Assembly: GCA_020137815.1 (NCBI GenBank)
Contig: CM035352.1
Location: 2,170,001 to 2,234,000 of the forward strand
Reading direction: 5' to 3'
From: Hormiphora californensis
Taxonomy: Eukaryota > Animalia > Ctenophora
DNA length: 64,000 bases
Shown here: positions 1 through 48,900 of the stretch, in pieces
How positions within the stretch are numbered: position 1 is the first letter of the stretch
Layout of the letters: each line of letters starts with the position of its first letter
Position numbers and translations under genes: made by a program
Notes under the pieces: generated by a model
What the model was told of the DNA's origin: nothing
Seen by the model: the letters and a program-made list of their open reading frames with translations, nothing else
Databases searched by the model: none

Positions 1-151
1 CAGTTTTCCGTGCTGAACCGGGTCTTTTGCTGTTGTAGGGGCCAGGGGAGTTGCTTTCTTTTCTGCTAATTAATTGATTATTTTAATTCCCCTCGGCTCC
101 CATGAGTCAAAGATTCTTCGGCTCACTGTTTGCTCTCGGTACATGTATGTT

Positions 152-280
<129 letters not shown>

Positions 281-1172
281 ATCCTTCTATATCTCTCTCC
301 TTCAGACTACTTCGTGCAGCGGCCGGCTCTGCAATAGAAACACACCTGCTAATTGGTAACAACTATGACACCGCGTGACATATAGCAAACCTCGTGCCGG
401 CCATCTAGTTAGAAACAACCTTACAGGCTTTCTTACTTTTATCTGTATTGTATTCTGTATTTTTCTTGCTCTATGTAATTGTGAGGTCTATGCGGGATAT
501 GAGTTCCTATATATATTCTAATTATTACAGCACTGTTATCCTAGGCAACCCTGAGCTCCCTTCCTTTCATTATTCGTTCTTTCTTGTTCAGTCAGGTGTT
601 CGGGGGCCTGGGATCGCATGGCTGAACAAGATATAATATATCTTTAGTAAAATGTAACATATATGTTTCTTTTCACAGCTAAACTTTTGGTCTAAGTGAA
701 CAATGAAGTTCATTATGAACATTGAACAACAACAATGAACAATATATATCATCATTGTGTGAGCTGTGTGTGTACAGATTGTACTAGGGACTTGAGGAAT
801 AGAGGAGAAACAGAGATAGAGGAAAGATGGGGAGGGAGAGAGAGAGGGGGAAACTGAGAGAAAATAAAGAGAGTGTGAGAGATAGAAAGATGAAAAGAGA
901 TGGATATGACATTGAGAGACTTATTGTATCTGTGAGACAGGCGTTGTCGGTATGAAATCATGATCTCTTTGTCTGAATTTTGCTGAGATGTATATTGTTG
1001 TCAGTTGCTACTTAGAGAGGAGACCACAATCTTTTACCCTCTTCCTGTTTGTTGTTAGACTTCTATACTTCTTTAATTTGCGAAAATATTGCATAATATT
1101 GTATAGTGTTTGGGCATGTTTTCTCTCTCGACCTCTCTAGATCTTCTCCCTCTCCATCTCTTTCTATCTATA

Positions 1173-1217
<45 letters not shown>

Positions 1218-2128
1218 TCTCCCTCTACCACTTCCCCTCGGCTACCGTGATATGCTGTCGGAAAATTTCCAGCTTTATCACGTGATATGATGGTACCACA
1301 TTATATTTTTGTGCCAGTCCAATTGATTTGGTCGTTTCCATGTAATGGAGATAAACCCATTATATCTGAAGAAATATGTTTTACTGTATCTACTTCCGGG
1401 AATTGACACGCGTGGTAACTATGGAAACATACGTGGTAACCATGGTATTAGAAACACGTTTTATGTGGTGAAATTATGAACCGGAAATAATATGACCATT
1501 TTCGAGGGTGTGGCTTTCGCTTTTCTCGGAAATTCGGTAGTTGTTCTAATTTGGTATAAAAACATGGCGTCATTTCGTCATTTCCTAACAAATTGGGCCC
1601 TTCCGGCTCCGCTACGTATCCATCACATAAATGTGTAGTGTGTGGTTTAGTCTATCTCTCTTCCCCCCCCCCTCTCTCTCTCTCTCTCTCTATAACAAAG
1701 GGGTACCTATTGTAATTGCTACTGCGTATAATAACGTCCGGGGGACGCGCCAGTAATTCCCTTCCTCTCTCTGGTACATTATTAGTAGTCCCCTACTGTG
1801 GTTCCGGCATTAACCTCCTACACGGCAAGTTGCCTTTTCACTTCTCTCGAACTTATTTGTTGACATGGATCGTATAGTGACTATTAGATAGTAGTAGACA
1901 CAGTAGAGGGCAAAATTGACATATTTTAGCTGGCTTTCACTGCTTTTTACTCCCTGGAAAGTATTTCTTGACATGGTAGTGACTAGTGATGTAGGTAACA
2001 AGGACATATATGCTATGCCTGTGTTTACTGTTTAGTACATACTATCGATGTATCTTCCGTTTGATGTAAAATTACTGCTTCGTTCAGTCTAATTCTCCTC
2101 ATATCTTTCTTCCTCGACTCTTTCCCAG

Positions 2129-2756
2129 TGCAACTAACATCGATTCTGTATAGTTTCTCTGGTATGACTGTGATGGCAAGCTCCTCCTCTCCCTCCAGTC
2201 CCATCAGCCCAGTCTACACGCCTCTCATTAGGGATCCTGTTCGGTCTGTAGCTACCATCACGCCCCCCGCATCTCCACACACTGTAGTTGGGTACAGAAG
2301 GTCTGCACCCGTTATGATCAGATCCCCTCTGGCTAGCCCGGCTTGCAGCCGAACTGCACCGCCCCGTGCCCAGACTCCCGGTAGCGCCAAGCGGGCCCTT
2401 AGACGGGGTCCTATGGAGCCAACCAGCACCTCAACGGACCCACTAATTAATGTGATAGAAACATATCTAGTGATCCAAGAAGAGCGCCAAGAACTTCCGG
2501 GGTTATTCCGGGCATCCAAACACCGGGTTACCTACCCTGGCCTGAACAAGGTGATACCCGCTAGACCGGATGAGGAAGGGTGGTCTGCACCTTGTCTCTT
2601 TGAGGCACTCCAATCGGCCTCCTCTCGGAAGGGGAGGGATGAGAGAAGGAGGAGGTGCCTGAGCTGCAGTAGATTTAGATCGCTGGTTAATGAAAATATT
2701 TCTTCCTCAGCGTGGAGCTCGAGGCTGTCGGCGAACGAAGATGACAGGACAAGACA

Positions 2757-2833
<77 letters not shown>

Positions 2834-2905
2834 CGAGAGTGCGAGAGCCGAGACGAGATGAGGAGCGAGAGAAGGAGAGAGAGGGAGGAGGACGAGAGAG
2901 AGACC

Positions 2906-2984
<79 letters not shown>

Positions 2985-5359
2985 ACATATGGAACTGACG
3001 AACTGTGAGCTCAATTTCTTAGTCACGGAGATGTCAATGTCACCAGATTTTACATGATTTCCCCTTTTCCCTCACAGGAAGCTATTCATGAGTTAATCGC
3101 TACAGAGAAAACATATATCGACGATCTACTTCTTGTAATTGAGGTATGGAAGTTTTCAGAATGCGTGGGGAATTTTCGTTTTGAGATATTTCAGTTTTAA
3201 ATAGCAGTTGTAGGAGATCTTCTGCAGGCAAGATATGCTAAGAATGGGTTAAGAAATTAGAGGGTATTATGATAGTAAGGTAAGGAGCTGGGCACGTGGA
3301 TTTTAGTTTTACCAAACCTAATAAATGCTAATATAATGTAGTTGAATGCAGGAGTGTGAGGTGTTGAGAGGTTAGCAATGTAACATTTTCAATCGACATA
3401 CCCGCTCTCAGCAACTTGCCACTCTATACACCCCCTCTTTATCTCACAGGTGTTTTACAACCCCCCCCCCCCTCATTGTTCCACAGGTGATTTACAACAC
3501 CCTCTTTATCCCACAGGTGTTTTACAACCCCATCTTTATTCCACAGGTGTTTTACATCCCTTTCCCCACAGGTGTTTTACAACCCCCCCTCTTTATCCCA
3601 CAGGTGTTTTACAACCTCCCCTGTTTATCCCACAGGTGTTTTATAACCCACTCTGTACGGTCGCCACGGATGAAGAACTAAACATGGTATTTGTAAATTG
3701 GCAGCAACTGATCCTGTGTAATGCAAGGCTGTTCCGTGCCCTATACAACACCTGTGATAATGACAGTTTTGAAACAGTCGGCTCTGTCATCTTGGAATTG
3801 GTAGGTTGTTAGTTTGTTATGTTCTAACCAGCTCCTTTATATTTGTGAAAGAGTGCGGGACGTGTCCTGGTGAAATGCAGGGTCGAGCGAGGCAAAGTTT
3901 AGTTCGGTATATTGAGCTTTTCCATCACCATAGCTATATAATTCTACCAAGTGGCATGCTAATCTATTATTTAATTTTCTAACTGAAAATTTCTGTGATT
4001 GTATGATGTCACTTACAATTATGGAAATGTGCAAAGCTTGATTGTCAGTGAAGGTTCAAAGTAGACAGACAGCTCTTTAATTTTAAGAGCTGTCGTCTAG
4101 CAATTGTGCGACTCTGAAATAATTTTAGGGGACGTAATATACTTGACACATTATATACTCAATAGACGACGTAATTCCTATTGGCCGCTAGATTTTACCA
4201 AATGTACAATTTCAGATTGACACACTGGTGCCTCCTTACACACGATTCTGTTCATGCCAGAGACAGGCCATGGTGTCCCTAAAAGATGGCACTTCCCCTG
4301 CATTCAAAGCGAAAGAAGCAGAATGTGCCAACTCGCCCAAAGTGGGAAAACTCCCCCTCTCTACCTTCCTACTGAAACCCATGCAGCGTATCACGAAGTA
4401 CCCGCTCTTGATAAAGAAGATTTTGGAGCACACTAAAGACAGTCACCCTGATTATGGAGCGCTAAGGGATGCCCTCAGTCAAACGGAGCAGCTGCTAGTT
4501 TCTGTTAATGAGGCTGTCCGAGCTACCAGTAGGCTGGAAACCCTCCAACGTGCCGTCACCAGGACAACGGAGGAACTCGGTGAGAGGATTATCCTGAACT
4601 CGGTAACGAACTCGCTGGGACCCCGGCGGTTGGTATACTTTGGACCCGTTCAAAAGAGCAAGGGAGGGAAGGAGATGTTTGGTGTGTTGTTCAATGACAT
4701 GTTTTGGGTTGCCAGGGTAGACAAAGGTCGCTATGGCAACAAACCAATCGATTTGGATGCACGGGATTTTGAGAGTATCAAGTTTGAAGCGTACAAAGAG
4801 CCATTCCTTCTTCACCACATACAAGGATTGGATGTACATCGGGTCGAACAGGCCGTTGTGTTCAACTATTTCGATAAACAACACACCCTGTACTGCGCTG
4901 GCAAGCATGCCGAGTGGGCGGAAGAGTTACAGAGCGCAGTGAGAAATGCACATCTGATGGGCAGGGGATCACCACCCACTCCTGATCCAACTCTCCCAAC
5001 TGAGGCTACACTCTCACTACGAGTGGTAAGCGTTTGGTTTTTATATGATTTGTTTTTTGCAAGATATTCCCTGTTGAACTAAGAAGCTAATTACTATAAT
5101 TCCATGTTGAATAGATCTTTCAAATTTTATTTTTTCTCAGGTCGAGGGTTTAGAGCTGGCCCTGCCGCCCTCTGAAAAACCGATGAACCTGTTTGTCCAG
5201 GGAAGTCTACATGGTCAAGTCCAGAGGACGCCTGCAGGAAGTCCTAAATGGGATAGCATGCTGCATTTCCTGATACGAGATTGTGCGTCGGATAAAATTA
5301 GCATTGCCGTCTTCAAAGAGTTCTCCTTCGCTCCAAACGGTTAGTTCTATTTTTCACCA

Positions 5360-5399
<40 letters not shown>

Positions 5400-5773
5400 T
5401 GTTATATTTCTCGCCAGTATTTCACCACATTTTGTTACATTGGCAAGTGAAAAGCGTTGTTTGCACCGACACTGTCAGGCCAGTGTTCTCCGAAAATAGG
5501 GTCAGGCCAATGCTCGGATTTGTTATGTTCTAACCCTCCTTTACGCGAAAAGGGGGTCGAGCTAGGCAACCTCTGACAGCGCGAACACGACCTCACCGTC
5601 AATATAAATTCACTGACATTATTTCAGTGTCTCTGGGGAAGTTTGACCTCAGTGTTTCCAAGCTACTACAGTCAGCAACTCCGGGGCCTTGGAACAAACG
5701 ACTCATCCTAACGGAGACAAATAGCGGGGTTATTAATGTTACAATTACCCTGAAACACTTTGGAAAAGGATGA
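2129..5773 (+). CDS. ITSN: Spliced DH(RhoGEF)-PH-C2 module, like the C-terminus of long intersectin; 5' end not found. Exons ~2129-2757, 3078-3143, 3636-3800, 4216-5025, 5141-5339, 5628-5773 (TGA).
   Basis: GT-AG junctions join in frame: AWSSRLSANEDDRTRQ|EAIHELIATEKTYIDDLLLVIE|VFYNPL...VFVNWQQLILCNARL (DH start), LSTFLLKPMQRITKYPLLIKKILEHT (DH CR3), LGPRRLVYFG...KGGKEMFGVLFND (PH), PKWDSMLHFLIRD...AVFKEFSFAPNVSLGKFDLSV...GPWNKRLIL (C2). Motif order matches ITSN-L. Confidence 0.85.
3430..3650 (+). repeat. ~25-37 bp tandem repeat made of duplicated intron acceptor plus exon start (7 copies)
   Basis: CACAG|GTG(T/A)TTT at 3450, 3487, 3517, 3547, 3572, 3604 and 3636. Confidence 0.85.
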
Positions 5774-6684
5774 TATCTGATATATACATGATGATGTTAC
5801 AATCTGGTTTTTAAGTGAGATATATATTTACTCGTTTATGTTGTTAAATTTTTGATATATTCTGATAGAAAATGGTGCAGCGAGTTTATCTGTTTGTGGG
5901 TGTTTGAAAATGCTATCTCAGATGTGCACCGCGTGTTATTATATTTTCGTTATAATATTTGGGACAAACACTGCTGACAATTTGTAAAATACAGAGCGAG
6001 AGAGGTACAATTACATACGGTGGAATTATATCGATGATTTAAAAAACAGTTTTAATTATGTTTTTACAGCCCGGTTCAACCTTGCGTATCAGATGTCTCA
6101 GCTGTTTTTGAAATTGAAGTTTACGCAGGGTATCTTGTAAGGATATAATGCTTTTTCTTGTTTAAACTCTTTAATTTTCCGTTAATTCTTGTCCTTTTGT
6201 TAGTTGATGTAGCGCGCGGAAACAAAATACTTGTGAGTACGCGGCTCAAAAATCTGCGCGTTTTTCTCAGATTGAAGTTTTATTTCGCCGGGCCGCGCGG
6301 CGCCAGTGCAGCCCAGATTTTCAGAAAATTTTCTCTTTGACTTTATTTTTTTAATTTCGGTCACCTCATAACTCGTTAAAAGGGCCTGCCCTACAGGCTG
6401 CATGCCAAAAATTTCTTGTTTCTGGTTCGATTACTTTATACTTGGTAGAATTCCGTGGATCAGCTGTATAGGGCTGGCGGCCCTGAACCACGCGAGCTCA
6501 CCACAGGGGTCACCCCTCCACACTGTAGAATTCCGGACGAGTCCATTTGTTTTTTTTTATAAATTCCACCGAAGTCCTCGTTGTAATTAACAGTAGTCAG
6601 TACCTATGTTGTAAAAACTACTGCCTTATCTTTGCTGACAAAACTTTTCATAAAGAAATGGAATGAAGCTTGATTAAACAAGAA

Positions 6685-20348
<13,664 letters not shown>

Positions 20349-20749
20349 GTAAGAAATATACTCCTTTCTCCTTTCTATCTTCTTCTTTCTGACACTATCT
20401 TCTTTCTTTCTTTCGACACTATTGTTATTATATTATTGATCTAATATTGTGGCCAATATGTCATGTAACGGATGTAGGGTAAAAGGAGGTTTGACTCTAG
20501 CTTGTACAGTTCGAGAACTGCAACGACCATAGTTTTTTCGTGTTTGGGGGGGTGGTAGTAAAGGGATGTGATGCATGGCCCGAGGAGGCAAGTTTTTTCC
20601 ATCCCGCTCAGGAATGTACATAATCGACAAATAACAGACTTGTGACTGAATACATAGCTTGTGACAGTCTTCTCTTGGCGAGAGAGATAGGGAGAGGGAG
20701 AGGGAGAGAGAGACCAGAGGGGGGAGAGAGAAAGGGAGTGAGATAGTGT

Positions 20750-20810
<61 letters not shown>

Positions 20811-20892
20811 AAGGGTATGAAGAAATTATTCACCGATAATGGACAACTCGATAATGCATATGTGGCCGATATTGTATTATGAACAAGGACAG

Positions 20893-20940
<48 letters not shown>

Positions 20941-22561
20941 GCTCCTAAGAGTTCTTCTGTGGCATGTACCTACATTTGCCAGAGATTTCGGACACACACC
21001 ACGACCAGTGAAGATGTGAAAGGAAATCAGTTCCCCTTCCTGATTTTGCTGAAAACGCCACGCGAACAATCAATCGAACAAACATGCATCCGATCGGGAA
21101 GAAACAAACCCCGGTGAAATTAAATAAAGCCAAAAAAAAACAGGGAACAAAAAACGTCCCCAGGACAGTAAAAGAAACAGACGATTAAAAAACCCGGGCC
21201 AAAAAACGTCGGATTCTCTAGTCGACCGACCAGGCCCAAAAGGGACTTGTCAATTGTGGGACATGAGGTTTTTTAATTGGGAAAATTTGGGGTTTTGGCT
21301 GGACTACAAATCTGTAAATGTGTTTAGGGTTTGGGGGGGTTTGGGGACAAAAAAGCGCCCCCAAAGGCGAGAGGGTTTTGGTTTTATTGATAAAAATCAA
21401 TATCCCCCCAGACCGACAATGTGCCAGGACCGTAAAAAAAGGGGGAGAGGAGAGAGAGAGAGAGAGAGAGAGGAGGAGAAGAAAAAGAAGGAGAGAGAGA
21501 GAGAGATAAAGGTTTTTAAACAAACTAGGGTTTAAAAGGGGCATAAACAAAATTCATGAAAATAGAGGGTATCAAACAAATGGCCAGTCTATCTTGAAGC
21601 ACGCCGCAACATAAAATTCTTATCATCAACAAAGGGCAATGTAAAATGAAAACCATCTAAAGGAATAATTGAACTCTGATATAACCCACGCGTACGTCAA
21701 GGTCAACACTTTTATTTTTTTATTATTTTTTTTTGGGGGGGTTTTGGGGGTCTGGGGTTGGTTTCCTCCCCCACCCCCGCATCTTGACCTTGTGAACGGA
21801 ACGGATTCCCACTAATCTTTTAAAAAAAAAAAACCTCCCACCGCATCCCAGGCCACCCATTGCTGAGTATGTGTTGCCTGTAAACAAGGGGGCACGGAAA
21901 AATTCATTGCCGACTGCCAAATTCTGTTGGTGGTGAGAGGGAGGGGGGGGAAAGTTTGGGGAAAAAGAGCTAAAGATTGGGAGAAAAAGAGGGGTAAAGT
22001 GGAATTTGGTACGGGGCCAAAATTCGATCTGCCCCATGCTATCGACCCAAAGAATCAAGTAGCTGAGATTTTAAGGGGAAATTACTAATATTAGAAAGTG
22101 GTTTATAAACCCCATCATCGGGTGAGGGGGTTTTTCTTGTCAAAAAATAAGGGGTTTTATTTGTTGCGTATTTTTATTACTTTATTTCCCAACAAAATCT
22201 AGCCCCAGGCCGACATGGAAATAATTTTGGGATTAGTTTCAATGGTTTCCCCTTTTCAAAGTCAAGAAATTTTGGGGTTTTAAAGCAGAGTACGATTTTA
22301 GTTCACAATATATTAATATTTGAACATTTCAAAAGGTACGAGTAGTGCATTAAGACTTCGTAAATCCTAATACTTACTTGTGCGTCACAAGCCAAGTGTA
22401 ATAAATTTTAACAAACTTACCGTGGCAATTAAAAAAAACCCCAAATAAAAAACCTACTTAATTGCATGCATAACCATGGAAACTGTAAAACCTGTAATCG
22501 GTAACCATGGTAACTATAAAACCCATGAACCTATTCGGTAACCCTGGTAACCATAACTTAC

Positions 22562-44191
<21,630 letters not shown>

Positions 44192-44723
44192 TATTCATAC
44201 CATTTAAGAACTGCTGATATTTACACTATGGCAGCATTGCTTCCTAGATAAAATGGTTTTCAGTTTACAATGACCTTCATATTGGCTGCACACATACAGC
44301 ATTGCCTGCGACACGGTCCACGAAGACGCACTCAGCTGACATTTAATAACAATAATAACATTTTTTTTCGTGTCTTGGACGTCGTGGAGAGCGTCGTGGG
44401 CGCGCTACCATAAATCCGAACTATGGAGTAATGAGTATCTTTCCTTAATCGACCCAGCACAGGAAATTTATAGGAGGGTTACAACATAACAAGGATGATG
44501 GGGTATCGAGGACCATTGGAAGTTTGGAAATATGTTCAACCTGATAAATCAAGAGTTGTGCTCTCTCTTAAATCTTTAATACTATCATCTTCGTAAGATC
44601 TTTCGAGCGCGACCGGGATGAAGCTTTTTAAACAGAAAGCAGCCATTTTCCTTATTTAGAGAAACGTCAGTTTCGTTTCGAAAGTCGAAACAAAAATCCG
44701 ACATTAAAAACCTGCAGTTTTGT

Positions 44724-45043
44724 AAAGTGCGTTTCAAACGACTTGACCTGAGATTCCTGGAAATTCAGTATTTACCCTTTGTAAATACACGCGCAATGCG
44801 CCAAATTCCAAGAATTACGGGTCAAGTCGCTTGAAACGGACTTTAAAGTGCGTTTCAAACGACTTGACCTGAGATTCCTGGAAATTCAGGATTTCCCCTT
44901 TGTAAATACACGCGCAATGCGCCAAATTCCTTGGCCTATGCTACAGGCCCTTAAGCCGTGGAAAACGCGCGCACTTGGGGTCTGCAGCGCATGCCAACCA
45001 AATTCCAAGAATTACGGGTCAAGTCGCTTGAAACGGACTTTAA
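44724..45043. repeat. ~120-bp direct duplication with internal dyad
   Basis: AAAGTGCGTTTCAAACGACTTGACCTGAG... at ~44724 and ~44845; AAATTCCAAGAATTACGGGTCAAGTCGCTTGAAACGGAC at ~44803 and ~45000. Confidence 0.75.
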
Positions 45044-45913
45044 ACAACTGGAATGGCACTTGAATTCGCGCGCCATTTTAAGCGGCGTAGATTTAAAAAT
45101 CCTTTTTCCGCGCGCTACAACAAATGATAGCGATCGGTTGTAATGCAAATGACTTGTATGACTTATTTTGTTATGTTCTAACCCTCCTTTACTTTGCAAT
45201 AGAGCCAACATTTCTTACTGCTTACATTACCGGTCAATACCCGAGAAAAGCATAAACGCAGATTTTATGAAAATCAACAAACAGTAAATCGAGGCGTACA
45301 AAACAAATACGAAAATTTCAGTTTATTCCTTCAAATTCAACGTGTAATTAATGTTAGTTTGTACTGTACTTAAAAGCTGTTTATAATTATCATTTTCAAG
45401 GGTTGGGGGAAGATTTACTTCTAAATGTTTAAATAAAATAGCTTTGTTATTGTTACCCTCTTTTACAGGGTCGAGTAAGGCAGCTTCAGCTCATACACCT
45501 TGTTTGTTGATACACATATTATGTCAATGAAGTGTCTTTCTCTACATAATAAATATTCTCTGAGCTCATGGCGGCGAGATCTTCTACAAGCACCTGCTTC
45601 AAATTCGCAAGGACCTTATTAAATATATTAAATCTCTCTCTAACATAACTCATGGGTATATAAATAGTCTTTTACTTTTAGCTTCTTTCTCACTCTTACA
45701 ACACAGCAATTCAAGACTCACCAGAGCTCTGTGTCAAGTGTGTCAAGTATATATCGTACTGGGCACTGTAGCGAGAAGAGTGGATCTCATCTTTCTATTG
45801 TCTGATGTGTCTCTCCATATATGTAAGCTTTTACTAAAAAACATAAACAATGTATAAAAATACGCTTATTGAAGGGCAAGTGCCATGTTCAGATAGAGTA
45901 TCTGCAGCAGCTC

Positions 45914-48900
45914 TCAAACGTAGCTCTCCTGCTCAATTAGATTCTCATCGTCACATGAGCTTGTCCCCGACTCTGTACCTACTGAGCCTGCTGAAACACC
46001 GAGATAATCCGGGTTAGAAAATGGGATTTACCAATATGGGGTTGAGCAACTTATTCAGCAAATTGTTACCATGGTTACCATCTATAGTATTCCACTTACC
46101 CCCGAATTTCTTGATCCGATAGGTGTTTATTCGCATGTTCCCCGCTCCTCCTCCTCCACTCCCACCGGAGCTGCTCAGCTTCTCCAAATTAGCTCTCAGC
46201 TGGGGTAAATCGTGCTGGTTCTCCATGATGGCAGTTGGTTGTGAGGGATTGTTCATTGGCAGAGGGAGGGTTGACAAACTGGGAGGAACCTGTGTAGGAT
46301 ATATTTTGAACATTCAGATCGATCACGTCCTAATTAATTTTACCAACAATAGACTTATCAAGCCATGACCATGGGACTAATATCAAGCAATACATGAACT
46401 CTATTAACTAATTGTTACAGTCTGACCCCGATTTACCTCGAGATGGTCGGGGGAAAGGGTAAATAGGGGGGGGGGGTGGGCAGCAGAATGTATATATTAC
46501 CTGTTCACATCTGGCGGAATGGTAGATATTCACAGGTATGGACATGGGCTCCCTTTTCAGCGCTGGTACCAACACTCTCCTGGCCCCCGGGTGTTCTTTA
46601 ATCTGAACAGTGGTCTGGTGTGCAGGGGTCAATGTTTGGTGTGCTTTAAAATCAGTGGGCAGTGGTTTGCAGGGGTCAATGTTTGGTGTGCTTTAAAATC
46701 AGTGGGCAGTGGTTTGCAGGGGTCAATGTTTGGTGTGCTTTAAAATCAGTGGGCAGTGGTTTGCAGGGGTCAATGTTTGGTGTGCTTTAAAATCAGTGGG
46801 CAGTGGTTTGCAGGGGTCAATGTTTGGTGTGCTTTAAAATCAGTGGGCAGTGGTTTGCAGGGGTCAATGTTTGGTGTGCTTTAAAATCAGTGGGCAGTGG
46901 TTTGCAGGGGTCAATGTTTGGTGTGCTTTAAAATCAGTGGGTGCAGTGGTTTGCAGGGGTCAATGTTTGGTGTGCTTTAAAATCAGTGGGCAGTGGTTTG
47001 CAGGGGTCAATGTTTGGTGTGCTTTAAAATCAGTGGGTGCAGTGGTTTGCAGGGGTCAATGTTTGGTGTGCTTTAAAATCAGTGGGCAGTGGTTTGCAGG
47101 GGTCAATGTTTGGTGTGCTTTAAAATCAGTGGGCAGTGGTTTGCAGGGGTCAATGTTTGGTGTGCTTTAAAATCAGTGGGCAGTGGTTTGCAGGGGTCAA
47201 TGTTTGGTGTGCTTTAAAATCAGTGGGCAGTGGTTTGCAGGGGTCAATGTTTGGTGTGCTTTAAAATCAGTGGGTGCAGTGGTTTGCAGGGGTCAATGTT
47301 TGGTGTGCTTTAAAATCAGTGGGCAGTGGTTTGCAGGGGTCAATGTTTGGTGTGCTTTAAAATCAGTGGGCAGTGGTTTGCAGGGGTCAATGTTTGGTGT
47401 GCTTTAAAATCAGTGGGCAGTGGTTTGCAGGGGTTAATGTGCTTCTTGAAATTACAAGGAGGGTAATGAAAGTGAGAGAGAGAGAGATATATATCGCAGT
47501 GAGGCCCTTACTGCGATCTCTCTCCTCACTGAGGGTCCCATCACGTGAGGAATACGCTTTCCTTACGCCATGTGAGGCTGCGGGGTGAATGTGCTTTTTA
47601 TAATATCATGAGGGGGGGGGATGCTCAAGTTTTAAAGTACCTTCTGTATCCCATCGCTATTCTTCCTCTCTGCACCAGTCCGCCCACTGAAACTATTAGA
47701 GCTCTTCAGGGTTGCTGGGGGTGGGGGTGGCTGGGTCTGTGGTGTCGTTGGCTCTACAAGTGGTTTTATAGTCCGGGGACTCTTCTCACGGATAACCCGG
47801 GTATGTCTGGTAAAGACACTAGTTTTCTGGTCTCCAGGTGTAGTAATTTTATCTGATTTTGTGCCCCTGCTCGTCTGAAGGAAAGGGAATCAATCCATCT
47901 CCTTTTTCACAATTAGTATGAATTACCGGCTAATTGCTACACCAATTATAATTAGTGACTAATTAATAATTATAATTACCTCATCCTCCGAGGAGACATC
48001 AGATACAGATGGGAATGCTCCGGGGTGTAATAATTTCACAGGTGTTAACGGTTCCTCAGCCTCCTTCTGCTGTTCCTGCTTCTGCTCCTGTTGCTCCTTT
48101 TTCTTTTCCTTCTTGGACCGCCTCAAACTAGAGCCTTTCTTTTTTGTTACCAGATTATCTATCGTGCCATTGTTGGATTGGTTCTCCGATTTCGTGTTTC
48201 TGTTTTTCTTGGAAACCCGGGAGAAGAAGGTTTTTGTTTCTGTGGGTGTTGGTGTGGGTTCAGGGGCGTCTACTGAGGTGTTACACTGCTCCTGGGTAGC
48301 TGCACTTGGCACCTGCAGGGAATGAGAGAGAGGGGTGCTAGGAGGGAATATGGTGGAGAGACAAACAGACTGACAGACAGGTAGACAGGGTCAGTTAGAG
48401 AGACAGTTAAGTAGCAGCTCTATTGAATACCTGGAGCGGTTCTGAGAACGCGGTGTGTATGGCAGGTGTCTTGTGTACTGTGTGGGATAGTGGTGAAGCG
48501 GGAGGGCTGAGTGAAGGGCTGAGGCACCGGGACTTCTTAGATCCAGCGGAGGGTGATCCCAGTTCTACCATCATAGAACTAGTCCTGCTATCGTGCTCGT
48601 TCATACTCGATCTGAGAGGAACCGCGGGGATATTATGGGGGAAATTATGGGGGATATTATGGATATTATGGGGGGGGGGGAGATATTATGGGATCAGTCT
48701 TTGGTCTAAAGCTAAAAACATATTGAAAATGCACCTGCCAGGCATCGCGCGTCGCTCAAAAGAGCGGAGCGAGGAGATCAGTCGAGTGTGGTCACTGGTC
48801 AGGCATCGCGCTGACAATTAACGACAGCGTCAAATCAACTATTTGCGGGGGGGTTCCGGCCGGAATTTATGAGGATTTTTGAGGTCACCTCAAAAATCCT

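Noticed and set aside
46608-47440. CRISPR-like regular repeat
   Set aside because: Units are contiguous with no unique spacers, there are no cas genes and the context is a eukaryotic intron. It is a minisatellite.
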